NCBI GenBank assembly: GCA_977017645.1
Contig: OZ360226.1
Span: 55,552,001-55,616,000, forward strand
DNA length: 64,000 bases
Direction: 5' to 3'
Origin: Torpedo marmorata
Taxonomy: Eukaryota
Shown: positions 14,086 to 27,464 of the stretch, one piece after another
Numbering within the stretch: position 1 is the first letter of the stretch
Layout: every line of letters begins with the position of its first letter
Program-made: the position numbers and the translations under genes
The notes under the pieces: generated by a model
What the model was told of the DNA's origin: nothing
Database searches by the model: none
What the model saw: only the letters and a program-made list of their open reading frames with translations

Positions 14086-14467
14086 ACAAAACTGAATAGA
14101 TTAAGCAGAGGTCATTGAAGCATTCAATGACAAGTCTTGCTCGAATGATTTCATTTTTTTCCCTGGGTGGTCATCATTAAATTCAGGGCACAACATTGAT
14201 TCTGATCTAACTATTTGCTAAACCATTTGTTTTATTCTCTGTTCGCACACCTCTGCTTTTCATGATGCACTTCTAGGCATAGCATGCTACCTCATCCAAT
14301 GGAGGTCTATTCAAAAAGCCAATTTTGCCAGCAGTCAATTATATAAATAGGTTGTGGTTTGTTTTAAGAGGCACTTCTTTCAAGGTTCTGTGGAAATAGC
14401 AGTGCATGCATTTCAGCACAGCTGTCAGTCTAATGGATAGCAATCATTGTTGACGTAACTGATCAAG

Positions 14468-15405
14468 TCAGAATCAGAATTTATTGTAATGAACAAGTCA
14501 TGAAATTCGGTGTTTTGTGGCAGCATCATAGTGCAAACATTCATATTATAACTATCTTACGACATTACTATAAAAATTATAAATAATAGTGCACGAAAAG
14601 TAAGGCAGTGTCTTTGGTTCACTGATTATTCAGGAATCTGATGGCAGCGGGGAAGAAGCTGTCCTTGTGCCATTGAGTGCTCGTCTTTAGGCTCCTGTAC
14701 CTTTTTCCCGATGGTAGCAGAGTGAAGAGGGCATGGCCTGGGTGGTGGGGGTCTTTGAGGATTAGAGGCTGCTTTTTTAAGACACCGCCTCATGTAGATG
14801 TCCTCGATGGAGTGACGTCTGGTGCCTGTGATGTCACAGGCCGAGTTAACAGCCCTCTGGAGTTTACTCTTGTCCTGAGAGTTGGCGCCTCCATACCAGG
14901 CAGTGATGCAACCAGCCAGAATGCTCTCCACAGTACACCTGTAGAAGTTTACGAGAGTCTTCGGTGACATACCAAATCTCCTCAGACACCTCACAAAGTA
15001 TAGCTGCTGACGAGCCTTCTTTGTGATTGCATCAACGTGGAGGCTCCAGGACAGATCCTCGGAGATGTTGACACCCAGGAATTTGAAGTTCTTGACCCTC
15101 TCCACAACTGAGCCCTCGATGAGGACTGGGTCGTGTTCCCCTGACTTCCTCCTGAAGTCCACAATCATCTCCTTGGTTTTGCTGATGTTGAGCTCAAGGT
15201 TGTTGTCGTTAGACCATTCAACGAGCTGATCTATCTCCCTCCTGTACGCTTCCTCATTGCCGTTTGTGATTCTGCCGACAACTGTGGTGTCATCGGCAAA
15301 CTTGTAGATGGCATTGGAATTGTGCCTGGCCACACAGTCATGGGTGTATAATGAGTAGAGCAATGGACTAAGCACGCATCCTTGGGTTGCGCCAGTGTTG
15401 ATAAT
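14468..15405 (-). mobile_element. Rex1 5'-truncated copy (ATTCTG-tail family)
   Basis: ORF 14626-15375 is nearly identical to 6829-7773. Confidence 0.93.
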
Positions 15406-15699
15406 TGCTGCTTTCTGTTAATCTCTCTTTGCTTCTGACATGAAGGATTATTCATTATGATGAAAAAGACTTCATAAATGCAGGATGAAAATCATAAGGA
15501 GTCAATTGTGTTATGTAAATGTTTATAAAGTAGTTTATTAAGTTTGCTGAGATGCCTGTATAACGTTGTGGCTCTCCTGAAGCCGAAAATGACTTAGCAT
15601 GATAAAGATGAACATATTTCCTCAAAGTAATTATTGGGAAGGCAGAAGCCATTTTCTTTATCACCACCTCACGCTCCATTCAATAATTACTGACACAAT

Positions 15700-15892
15700 C
15701 AAACTCCCTCGGTCTGAACCTGAAGAAGACTTTTGCATCTTAAACATTACATTTGACCCTGCATTCAACCTCTCACTTTTTTTATACTCAGTAGCACATG
15801 ATTCAGCTCATCTGCAGCTGAAGCCCTGCTGAATGCATTTGTTGCCTCCAGATTTATTTCATTGTCTATTTCAATGCTCTTTTGTTGGTCTC
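15700..15892 (+). mobile_element. Old L2/CR1-group LINE remnant
   Basis: gcagctgaagccctgctgaatgcatttgttgcctccaga translates as AAEALLNAFVASR, resembling the L2 AETLVHAFVTSRLDYCN motif. Confidence 0.45.
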
Positions 15893-16095
15893 TTTTTTTT
15901 CAGATTGATTTACAATTTCAAACCGGTTGTGCAGGAAGATCCTTGCAGATTCCTCGATTAAGACCTGCCTGCTGGACTTTGTAGATGTGACGTGGTCTTG
16001 GGTGCAAAGGAGACTACACTCTTTGACCTCTGTGTTCTTCGTCTTTCCAAAGCTCCAGGGTTGTATGTGATGTCAAGTATGTACTCTGACATAGT

Positions 16096-16524
16096 TGTAA
16101 GGGTTAAAATGCAAGTTGCAAGGAAAGTCTGCAACTAGCCAGTAGATGTTGACATAAATCATGCCATCTCCTAGTTATATCTTGCTTCACGGTTAGCTCT
16201 CTCTCTCTCTGTGCGATTTTGAGATAAGACGGTCAGTTTTGAATATTCTTTGTTCTGGGAAGATGGAGGGTCTTGGGATAGACCGAAAACTTTTATTGAC
16301 CGATTTAAGTATCGTTATAATCATCGTTTTAAGCATTGTTTAATTGTTTTATCGTAGTTTTTAATCGTATAAGAAAGTAATAGTTATGTAGTAACTGATA
16401 AGGTTTAATAAACCGTGAAAAACTCAACTGCAACTTTAGTACAGGTACGGACTTTTCTTGAACGAGTCATAAACAAGGACATTCCAGTCTCTCCAAGTGA
16501 CTATAAAGGAAGATAGTCGCGGCA
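16096..16524 (+). mobile_element. Solo LTR, probably BEL/Pao-related
   Basis: TG...CA ends. 5-bp TSD atagt (16091-16095) / atatt (16525-16529). Its 3' end ctccaagtgactat...agtcgcggca resembles the 3' end of the BEL LTRs (ctccaagcgactat...agtcgctaca). Confidence 0.65.
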
Positions 16525-17662
16525 ATATTAAAGCCAGTGTATCAAGCGTGTAATAGATGCTGTGTTTACAAATGTTGATGTATATATCAAATTTGCTACT
16601 GTGATCAGGATGTCCAACCCTTTCAGTTTGCAGCTTTAGATAGTTTCCTCCAGATTCACAATGTCTAAATTGCAATCATGCAGCTATAAAATATTCCATA
16701 CCAGCCTGGCGTATTCATCAATCAGATCAGGTTCCATTTCATTAACCTTCTGCATTCAAATGGAAGACCATTCTCGGGTCTTTGAAACTGCTGAGATTCC
16801 TGCAGTTCTTAACATTTCACCTCCTTATTGCAGTTAATTCTCTAATCAGACTTATGCTTTGGGTATTTGGGAACATTGAAAACATGGCTGATGATGTTGC
16901 CGAGGATACCTAGCAATAAGCCAAAGGAGTGTTACAGTCAAAGATATCTGGTCAGAAATGTTACTGTGCCAAGCCATCATATTGCTGAAATGTATTTGAG
17001 GTTCTCTGACATTCAGGAGGCATGAATCAGTGCACGCCAACTTGATGTCATACACAGTGCTGGTCAGAAATGATGTGCAAAAATGTATTTTTCTGAGTGC
17101 ACAATGACGATTTGACCTCTTGCAAAGTTTCAAACATCCAAATGCTTTTGCTTGTGTCACATCAAAGATTTAGCCATCCTCGGTTGTTATGACATGCACC
17201 TGTCGGGGCTGCAGCAGAGGTGAAGGCAGGTTGATCAGACCCTTGTTCCAAACATTGAGAAGATCTTGGGTGATGTCTTCTCGATTTTAGAGCTGTGAGA
17301 TCCTCTCAATAGTCGCCTCCACTTGCACAAGTGTCAGAGTAGACATGGTCATCAAAAAGCAAGTGGGTTACTGATTGATAAGAAGGAATCCCCATTTCCA
17401 TGACCAGTCTCCAGCATCGTCTTCATTGTCCTCATCGTATCTCTACCAGCAGACTTGCTGTTGAACACCTTATTCATTTCAATGATCAGCCAAAGCTGGA
17501 ATAGTTGTCATTCCATTGAACCTTGTGTCCATAATGTGCAAGCCATAGGCCAGGGTCAGAGTGGACTTGTTGGATTGCAGCATAATGCTCAAGGTTGGTA
17601 ACCACTTTTTGATTGTTGCAAAGGCCTGGTGGAGGCAGGCCTTTTGCCTAGCTTGCAAAAGT

Positions 17663-18020
17663 AGACATGTAGCACAGCTAGTAGAGCCATTATCTTACAG
17701 TGCTGGTGACCCAGGTTCAATCCTGATCTCAGTCGCTGTCTATGTGGAATTTGCATGTTCTCCCTGTGACTGCATGCGTTTCCTGTGGATGCTCTGATTT
17801 CTTCCCACATATCAAAGATGTGCAGGTTGGTACAGAATTGACTATTGTAGATTGACCTTGATGTGTTTATGAATGATAGTATGTGGGTGAAGGGGGTTGT
17901 TGATGAGAATATGGGGAGATTATTTTTTAAAAATCAGATTGATGAAAGATTGGTGTAAATGGATGGTTGAGGGTCCATACAGACAATGGTCTGAAGAGCC
18001 TGTTTCCAAACTCTATCTCT
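17663..18020 (+). mobile_element. tRNA-derived V-SINE, old copy
   Basis: B-box-like ggttcaatcc followed by the V domain tgtggaatttgcatgttctccctgtg. Confidence 0.8.
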
Positions 18021-18029
18021 TTACGAGTT

Positions 18030-18272
18030 TAATTTAGACATACAGCACGGTAACAGGCCCTTTCAGCCCATGAGCCCATGCCGCCCAATTACACTTAATT
18101 GACCTACAATCCCAGTACATTTTGAAGGGTGGAAGGAAACCGGAGCACCTGGAGGAAACCCATGCAGGCATGGAGAGAACGTACAAACTCCTTACAGACA
18201 GCGCCAGATTCGAACCCAGGTCGCTGGTGCTATAATAGCATCACGCTATCCGCTGCACTAACCGTGCTGCCC
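18030..18272 (-). mobile_element. tRNA-derived V-SINE, younger family
   Basis: Reverse complement has gggcagcacggttagtgcagcgg, ggttcgaatc and the V domain. Similar to the 46196 and 56208 copies. Confidence 0.85.
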
Positions 18273-19291
18273 TTACATCAAAGACTGGCTGAATATTCTA
18301 TCCTTTTGTTCTTGAAGTATCCACTTACTCAATAGCTCTTGGAGTTGAACTTCAGCCAGCTACAATAAAGTTGGATGATCATTTTACTTCAAAAAAGGAT
18401 GTACCACCATTCTCCCTTCTCCACAATCATGGTTAAGATGCTAAAGTCATCAGATGAAAACCTAACTATCTGTGTAATATGACTGCTTCACTCCACTGGA
18501 TGGGAGCCCAGAGCTATGTGTGGATACACTGGGATCCCCTCTAAGGAAAGTTCATCTGAAAGTTTCTTCTGGGATAGCAAAGGTCCTGTGGAAAATTAAC
18601 AGCATAGATTAGTACTTTCAAGATAAGAATGATTAACATGTAATCACTCAGCAGTCATATCCAAAAAGTGAATGTTTAGTGCAGTTTGACTGCATGTGCT
18701 AGAATTCTCTCCTTGACTAGTTGTTGGTGCCTCGCCTGAACCATTTATCATGTTGTTTTTGCACATTCTAATATCCAGATCATATCTGCGGATTTGGCTC
18801 TGCAGGAGATATCAGCTGGGTATTGGATGAAGTCCCGACTGCAGTTCTCTGACTCTCCTGATACTCTATGATCTTTTCCTCTGCAAACATGGAAAATAAT
18901 ACAAATAAGAGTAATGACATGTGTTTAATAATTGGGGGTATTGAGAACAGTTAAAGAACTTTGAAGAAGCAGGATGTTGTATAAGTGGTGGCTGGAAAGA
19001 TGGAGTTCTGGGGAAATACATTAACAGAGAAGAATGAAAGAACTTGTTGGCTGAATAGTTACAAGGAATAAACTTAGAAGGGCAGGCGAGAGGATTGGAT
19101 CAATACACGGATCAGTATGCATGTGAAAGTGACGTTGTCCTCAACTTCACTGATCATGGGGGGGCGTGGCATGATGGCGTAGGTTGAAGACGTGAGAATA
19201 CACCTCTCCCCACAGATTTAGTTAAAAAGTGTATATAAATAACTTTATACAGTTCAAAAACAGATTAAAAGTCATTATAAAATATTTAGCA

Positions 19292-20683
19292 ATGGCCTCT
19301 AGAAAAGCAAGAGAACAGAAAGCAAAGAAAGCAATGTTGCAAGCAGTTTTACTTCAAGAAGAAAAACGGCCTACCTGTCCGATGGAGCCTGAGACTCAGG
19401 TAATTCTCCCTCCGAAGTCTGCACGGTCGAGGTCACTGAGAGAGACTGTAGCGCCGACGCTGCTCTCCCAGGGAGCTGGGGAAGATGGTGCCGGCGCTCG
19501 AAGAAAAACTACAAGAATGATGACGGAACAACCGCGCATGCGCGAAAAGACGTGCATGCACGATAGACAACGCGAACTGTCAGATGAATCTGACAGCAGA
19601 AGAGACGTTCCACAGACATTACAATACGCTGTGGAACCTGAAACATTGTCAGATTCAGATGGAAAGATGAAGGAAACGAAACAAATGCTGGAACAAGAGA
19701 TGGAGGAACTGGAGGGAAACCCTGAGGACTCAGCTGATGAAGACTCGTCAATAAGGCAAACTCAACAACAAATACTTCAGGCTATTTCAAAGTTGGAATC
19801 TCATATGGAACTTAGATTTAATTTAATGGTAGAAGAAATTAAAGAGGTGAAACAAGATATGAAAGGTCTGAGAAATACTGTGAATGCAGTGAAAGTGAAA
19901 GTTCGAGAAATTGATAAAGAAGTTAAAGATAATTATGATGAATTGGTGGACCATAAGGAAAGAGTTGATAAAATAGAAGATTCATTTACAGGTTGGGAAC
20001 AACAAAGAAATCAACTTTTACAAAGATTGGATCAATTGGAAAATCAAAGCCTGAGAAATAATATTAAAATTGTGGGACTTCCTGAAATTTTTGAAAAACA
20101 AGATATAACTGAATTTTTTCAAGATTGGCTTTTGCAGGTTTTGTCTTTAGACAAGTCAGTGGAGTTGGAAAGAGCACATAGAATTGGGAGACAAAATCAA
20201 TATATGGATCAAAGACCACGTCCAGTTTTGATTAAATGTCTTCGATACCAAGACAGAGAAAGAATATTAAGAGCAGCCATTCAAAATGCGAAAATGGAAA
20301 AATCTCCACTGATGGTTAATGATAATAGAGTTTTCTTTTATCCTGATTTGAGCTCAACGGTAGTCAAAAGTCGGAAAGAATTTAATTAAACAAAAGCGCT
20401 TCTTTGGCAAAAGGGGTATAAGTTTTCTTTTAAATATCCTGCGGTTTTGAAGATTCAAACTGAAGAAAATCACTTCATTTCTTTTATGGATCCCCAACAA
20501 GCGTTACAGTATGCACAGTCTCTTTCTAATTTGAAGAAAGGTCAAGATTTGATGGTTTATCAACAAGGTCAAGAGATTTCACCACCACAAGTTTCTTTGC
20601 CAAATACTTCACGAAAAGAGGAGGAAGTTGAGGTTCAGATTGAAGTAGATCAAGATATTGTGGACATTGGAACAGTTAAATGA
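19292..20683 (+). pseudogene. L1 ORF1 with one in-frame stop (20387-20389)
   Basis: LENQSLRNNIKIVGLPE, ELERAHR and FFYPDLS. ORFs 19229-20389 and 20447-20683 are in the same frame. Confidence 0.9.
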
Positions 20684-20961
20684 AGTTATGATTATAAATG
20701 TTGTGTAAAATCTGTTGGGGGGAGGTGGACTTTTTGTTTCTTCTTCCTAGCCATACACCACCTTAGTGGCGAGAGCCACTTCTCGAGCAATGGAGGGGGG
20801 TAATACTGGGGTAACTTTACCAGTATTTTATTCATTGGGGTTTTGTTTTTTCTTTTTTTCCTTACTTTTCTTTTTTCTCTTTAAGGAGATGTCAAATAGA
20901 TTACAACTTTGGAGGAAGGAGCTGGTGGATTTGATCAAAAGAGATTTAATAAAATTTAGTA

Positions 20962-23900
20962 ATGATGGATAGCAAGAAAATAAATGTAGTAAGTATTAAT
21001 ATAAATGGGCTTAACAATCCGATTAAAAGAAAAAGAACTTTAGCGTATATTAAAAAGTTGAATGTAGATATAGCTTTTTTACAAGAGACGCATTTGACGG
21101 AAGATTAATAGATTTTTATCTAAAATTACTCTACCTAAATTGAATGTTCAGAATAAATATTCTTTGGACTTACCTTTTACGATGAGAGAAGTTACTGAGG
21201 CAATATCGACGTTGAAAAGTGGTAAATCTCCGGGTGACGATGGGTTTCCAGTAGAATTTTATAAAGAATTTAAAGACTTATTGATACCTTTATATATGGA
21301 GGTATTGAATCAAGTTACTGAAACTCATTTATTACCGAAGACATTTTTAAACGCTATCATTACAGTTATACCAAAGAAAGATAGAGATGTGTTGAAAACT
21401 GAGTCTTATGGACCTATTTCATTGTTAAATGTAGATTATAAAATAATGGCAAAAATTTTAGCAAATAGATTAGCTAAATATTTACCAAACTTGATACATT
21501 CAGATCAAGCTGGATTTATTAAGAATAGATATTCGAAAGATAATATAGCTAGATTGATAAGTTTAATTAATGTATATAAGAAGAAACAAGATTTACCATT
21601 GGTGGTAACATTGGATGCAGAGAAGGCTTTTGATAGGTTAGAGTGGAATTTTTTATTTAAGGTTTTAGAAAAATTTGGTTTTGGAAATATTTTATAAATT
21701 GGATTAAAACTATATACAAAGAGCCTACAGCTAAAGTAGTTACAAATGGACAAGTATCGTCAAAATTTTTATTATCACGATCAACAAGACAGGGATGTCC
21801 CCTGTCACCTGCTCTATTTGTTTTGGCAATAGAACCTTTCGCTGAATTGATTAGAGAAGATAGAAATATAATGGGTATAAAAGTTGGTAGGGAAGAACAT
21901 AAGATTAGCTTGTTTGCAGATGATGTATTAATATATATGACAAAATCTGTTACATCACTTCAGCAATTGGCTACTATATTGACAGAATATGGTGAGATAT
22001 CTGGATATAAAATTAATTCAGATAAAAGTGAGATTCTGGCTTTATCTCAAGGTGATTATACTCGATGTAGAGAGGTTACGGAGTTTAAATGGGCTAAAGA
22101 AAGTATTAAATATTTGGGAGTTAAAGTGGATACAAAGTTGGAAAATTTGTATAAATTAAACTATATACCTTTATTCATGAAAATAAAAAAAGATTTAGAA
22201 CTTTGGAAAGATCTACCTATAACTTTGATGGGAAGAGTAAATTGTATCAAAATGAATGTTTTTCCAAGAATTCAATATCTTTTTCAATCGATTCCTTTTG
22301 GAATCCCAAATAAATTTTTTAAGGATTTAAAATTTGTTACTAGGAAATTTTTATGGAAAGGAAAGTTGGCAAGAGTAAGTATAGATAAATTAACATGGAA
22401 TTATGAGATGGGAGGATTGCAACTTCCTAATTTTCAGTATTACTATAAAGCAGCTCAACTAAAATTTATTAATGAATTTTTTGATTCAACTAAATCTTCT
22501 GCTTGGATTAATATAGAATTGAATAATATAGGAGAAATACATAAAGAAGAGATTATTTATAAGTGGAACTCTAAACTATTATTAGCTAAAAAGAAAAATT
22601 CACCAATTATTAAACATTTGTTGGAAATTTGGTCACAAGTAGATAAAGAAATAGGTCGGAAAAGATCAATTTCTTTAAATACACCAATATACCAAAATTT
22701 GCTTATACCATTCTCTATTGATAATCAGTTACTTAAATTATGGTTTCAAAAGGGAATTAACACCTTGAAAGATTGTTTTGAAGCTGGTAGATTTGTTACT
22801 TTTCAAAGGTTAAAAGAAAAATTTAATATACTAGACAATACAATGTTAGTTTATTTTCAAGTTAAAGCCTTTTTGACTGAGATATTAGGGAATGAATTAA
22901 TAGCACCAAGACAAAATGAATTGGAATTGTTAATTACTAAAGCTAATATTAATAAGTTTATATCACAAATGTATAAATTATTTCAGAGAAAGATGTCTAA
23001 AGTAGGGTTACATAAATCTAGATTAAAATGGGAACTAGACTTAAATGTTAATATAGATGAAAATCATTGGAGAGACTTATGTAAATTAAGTATGACTAAA
23101 GTCTTGAATGTTAGATATAGACTAGTACAATATAATTTCTTTCATCAATTATATTTAACACATAAAAAAATTAAAGAAATTTAATCCAGCATTATCAGAT
23201 ATGTGTTTTAGATGTAAGAGTGAAATAGGCTCTTTTGTTCACTGTACATGGTTATGTTCAAAAATTCAAGACTTTTGGTTGAAAGTTAAGAATTTTTTAG
23301 AGAGAATTTTTAATGTTGTGTTTACGATGGATCCTATGTTATTTTTATTTGGAGATATTAGAAAATTTAGTACTAGAAATAGATTAAATATGTATCAGGT
23401 AGAATTTTTACGTATAGTTTTAGCAGTTTCGAAAAAGTGTATAGCTATTACTTGGAAGTCAGATGTAGATTTAAATTTAGAAAGATGGCATGCAGAATTA
23501 CGTTCATGTATACCATTAGAAAAAATTACCTATAATTTGCGTAATAAATATAATTTTTTCTTGAAAATTTGGGGCCCATATATGAGAATTATGGGTTTAA
23601 CAATTTAAATTCTCTGGATATCGGATCCACTGGCGAAAATAACCTCTATGGTAGAATTAGTTTGTAGCTTGTTTTCTCCTCACTCTATTTTTCTATCTTT
23701 CTTTTTTCTTTTTCTCTTTTACTATATTTTTTTAATATATTTTTTTAGAGTATGCATTTTATTCTATGTATTTTGTGATTTAAACATTTAAATAAATTTT
23801 TTTTTTTAAAAAGAGACGCATTTGATAGATTTGGAACATCAGAAACTAAAAAGAGAATGGGTTGGTCAAGTGGTGGCTTCTTCATTTAATTCTAAAGCAA

Positions 23901-26900
23901 GAGGGGTAGCTATATTAATTAATAAAAAGTTACCTTTTAAAATACAATCGGTAGTTATAGATGTGGCAGGTAGATATGTTTTTGTACATTGTCAGATATA
24001 TTCAGAATTTTGGACACTTATGAATTTGTATGTACCAAATGCAGATGATGAACAGTTTATTCAAGATTATTTTTTACATTTGTCAGAAGCTAATGAGAAT
24101 ATTTTAATTGGTAGAGATTTCAATTGTTGTTTATATCCAATAATGGATAAAACTTCAAGATCACTTGCTAAAACTAAAATTGCTAAAAGAGTTCTCACTT
24201 TGATGAAAGATTTAAATTTAATAGATATTTGGAGGAAATTGAACCCGAGAGAAAAAGATTATTCTTTTTATTCTTTTAGACGTGATTCATATTCTAGGAT
24301 AGATTTATTTTTATTGTCTTCACAGGTTCAAGACAGAATAACGCAAGCATCTTATAAAGCGAGAATAATTTCTGATCATTCACCTTTATTAATATCTTGT
24401 ATAATTCCTGAAAAAGAAAAAACTGTATATAGCTGGAGATTTAATTCTTCTTTATTAAAAAGAAAAGATTTTTGTGATTACCGGTATATGAGAAGGGAAA
24501 TTCAGGAATTTTTACAAATAAATTCTAATTCTACTGATAATAAATTTATTATTTGGGAAGCTTTAAAAGCTTATTTAAGAGGTCAAATAATAAGATATTC
24601 AGCTAAAATTAAGAAGGATTATCTTCGGGAGGTAGATAATTTAGAGAAGGAGATTGAGTGTTTGGAAAAAGATTTACAAAAAAATAGATCAGTTCAAAAA
24701 AGGAATAATTTAGTTGGGAAAAAATTACATTATAATTTATTACAAACATATAAAATGGAAAAATTAATTCAAAGAACTAAACAAAGATATTATGAGTTAG
24801 GGGAAAGAGCACATAACGTTTTGGCATGGCAATTAAAAAAAGATCAAACTTCTAGAACTATAAATGCTATAAGGAAAAAGAATTCTCGGGAAATAACTTA
24901 TAAACCTCGAGAAATAAATGATCCTTTTAAAGATTATTATTTGAATTTATATAAATCTCAGATTGATCAAGATGATTCTAAAATTATTAGATTTTTATCT
25001 AAAATTACACTACCTAAATTAAATATTCAAAGTAGAGAATCTTTAGATTCACCTTTCTCAATGAGGGAAGTTAATGAAGTTCTTACTTCTTTAACGAGTG
25101 GTAAATCTCCAGGTGAAGATGGATTTCCATCAGAATTTTATAAAGAGTTTAAAGATTTATTGGTACCTCCGTATATGGATGTATTGAACCAAATTACAGA
25201 AACTCATTCATTACCGGATACATTTTTAAATGCAATAATTACAGTTATACCTAAAAAAGTTAGAGATGTATTGAAAACTGAATCATTTCGACCTATTTCA
25301 TTGTTAAATGTAGATTATAAGATAATGGCAAAAATTTTAGCAAATAGAATGGCTAATTATTTACCAGATTTAATTCATGTAGATCAAGCTGGTTTTATTA
25401 AAAATAGATATTGAAAAGATAACATTGCTAGATTAATTAGTTTAATTAATCTACAAAAAAAGAAGGAAGATTTACCATTAGTTTTAACGCTAGATGCTGA
25501 AAAGGCTTTTGATAGATTAGAGTGGAATTTTCTATTTTAGGTATTGGAGAAATTTGGTTTTGGAACTACATTTATCAATTGGATTAAAACTATATATAAA
25601 GAACCATCCGCTAAAGTAATTACAAATGGACAAATTTCTTCAAGATTTCCCCTGACTAGATCTACTAGACAAGGATGCCCTTTGTCACCAGCGTTATTTA
25701 TTTTGGCGATAGAACCTCTGGCAGAATTAGTTAGAAAAGATCCTAAAATAGTTGGTATTAAAGTTGGAACGGAAGAACATAAAATAAGTTTATTTGCAGA
25801 TGATGTATTGATATATATGACAAAATCTATTACATCTTTAGTACAATTGTCTGCGTTATTGAGAGAATATGGGGAAATATTTGGATATAAAATTAACTCT
25901 GATAAAAGTGAAATTATGGCATTATCACAAGGGGATTATAGTAAGTGTAAAGAAATTACACAATTTAAATGGGCAAAAGAAGGAATTAAATATTTGGGAA
26001 TAAGGATTGATACAAAATTGGCTAATTTATATAAATTAAATTATTTACCATTATTTTTGAAAATAAAAAAAGGTTTTAGAAAATTGGAAATATTTACCTA
26101 TAACTTTAATGGGAAGGGTAAATTGTATTAAAATGAATGTTTTTCCAAGAATTCAATATCTTTTTCAATCAATTCCTTATGAAATTCCTCAAAAATTTTT
26201 AAAGACTTAAATTCAATTATTAGAAAATTTTTATGGAAAGGAAAGTTAGCAAGAGTAGGTTTAGAAAAATTAACTTGGAATTATGAAATGGGTGGTTTAC
26301 AACTTCCTAATTTCCAAAATTATTATAAAGCAGCTCAATTAAAATTTGTTAATGAACTTTTTGATCCAACTAAATCTTCTGCTTGGATTAAAATAGAATT
26401 AAATAATATAGGAGAAGATTCCAAAGAAGTTATTTATAAATGGGATTCTAAATTAATATCAACAAGAAAGAAAAACTCTCCTATCATTAAACATTTGTTA
26501 GAATTATGGAATAAGACGTATAAGGAAATAGGAGGAAAAGGAATGATTTCTTCAAGGATGCCTTTATATCAAAATGAACTTATTTCATTTACTATTAATA
26601 ATCAATTATTTAAAATTTGGTTTCAAAAAGGAATTAAGAAAATAAATGATTGTTTTGAAGCTGGGAAATTTATTACTTTTCAAAGAATGAAAGATAAATT
26701 CAATATATTGGATAATACACTTTTTGCTTATTATCAAATTAGAGCATTTTTGATTGATAAATTAGGTTATAGTTTGATTAGAATTATTAGTTACTAAAGG
26801 AGATGTAAATAAATTTATTTCTCAAATGTATAAATTGTTTCAGAGGAAAACTCCTAAAGTAGGAATTCATAAATCAAGATTAAAATGGGAATTAGATTTG

Positions 26901-27464
26901 AATGTAATAATAGGTGAAAATCATTGGAAAGGATTATGTAAATTAAGTATGAAGAAGATTATTAATGTTAGATATAGATGAGTACAATATAATTTTTTTC
27001 ATCAATTATATTTAACACCTAAAAAATTAAAGAAATTTAATCCGAAATTATCAGGTTTATGTTTTAGATATAATAAAGAGGAAGGTTCTTTTGTACATTC
27101 TACATGGTTTTGTCCAAAAATTTATGATTTCTGGTTGAAAGTTAAAAATTTTTTAGATAAAGTATTTAAGATTACATTTCGAATGGATCCTATGATATTT
27201 TTGTTTGGAGATATTAGAAAATTTAGTATCAAGATGAAAATAAATATGTATCAAATAGAATTTCTGCGAATTGCTTTAGCCGTTTCAAAGAAATGTATTG
27301 CTATTACTTGGAAATCTGATGTAGATTTAGGGTTAGAAAGATGGCATGCAGAACTTCGTTCATGTATACCACTTGAAAAAATTACTTATAATTTACGCAA
27401 TAAATATAATTTCTTTTTAAAAATATGGAGCCCATATATGAAAGCTGTCGGTTTAAGGATCTGA
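20962..27464 (+). pseudogene. L1 ORF2 of the outer element, split by the nested L1
   Basis: APE starts at 20962 (NINGLNNP...FLQETHL), resumes at ~23822 and continues in ORFs 25544, 26288 and 27135. Confidence 0.9.
21098..23810 (+). mobile_element. 5'-truncated L1 nested in the outer L1 endonuclease region
   Basis: Perfect 15-bp TSD aagagacgcatttga at 21083-21097 and 23811-23825. RT ORFs 21140-21697, 21823-23184 and 23201-23608. Confidence 0.95.

Noticed and set aside
16700-18900. Very old CR1-like remnants around the SINEs
   Set aside because: Similarity was too degenerate to set boundaries or confirm by eye.
4265-19157. Shared TGATC motif in two L1 TSDs as sequence-specific targeting
   Set aside because: It is absent from the other L1 target sites in the window, so it is consistent with chance.
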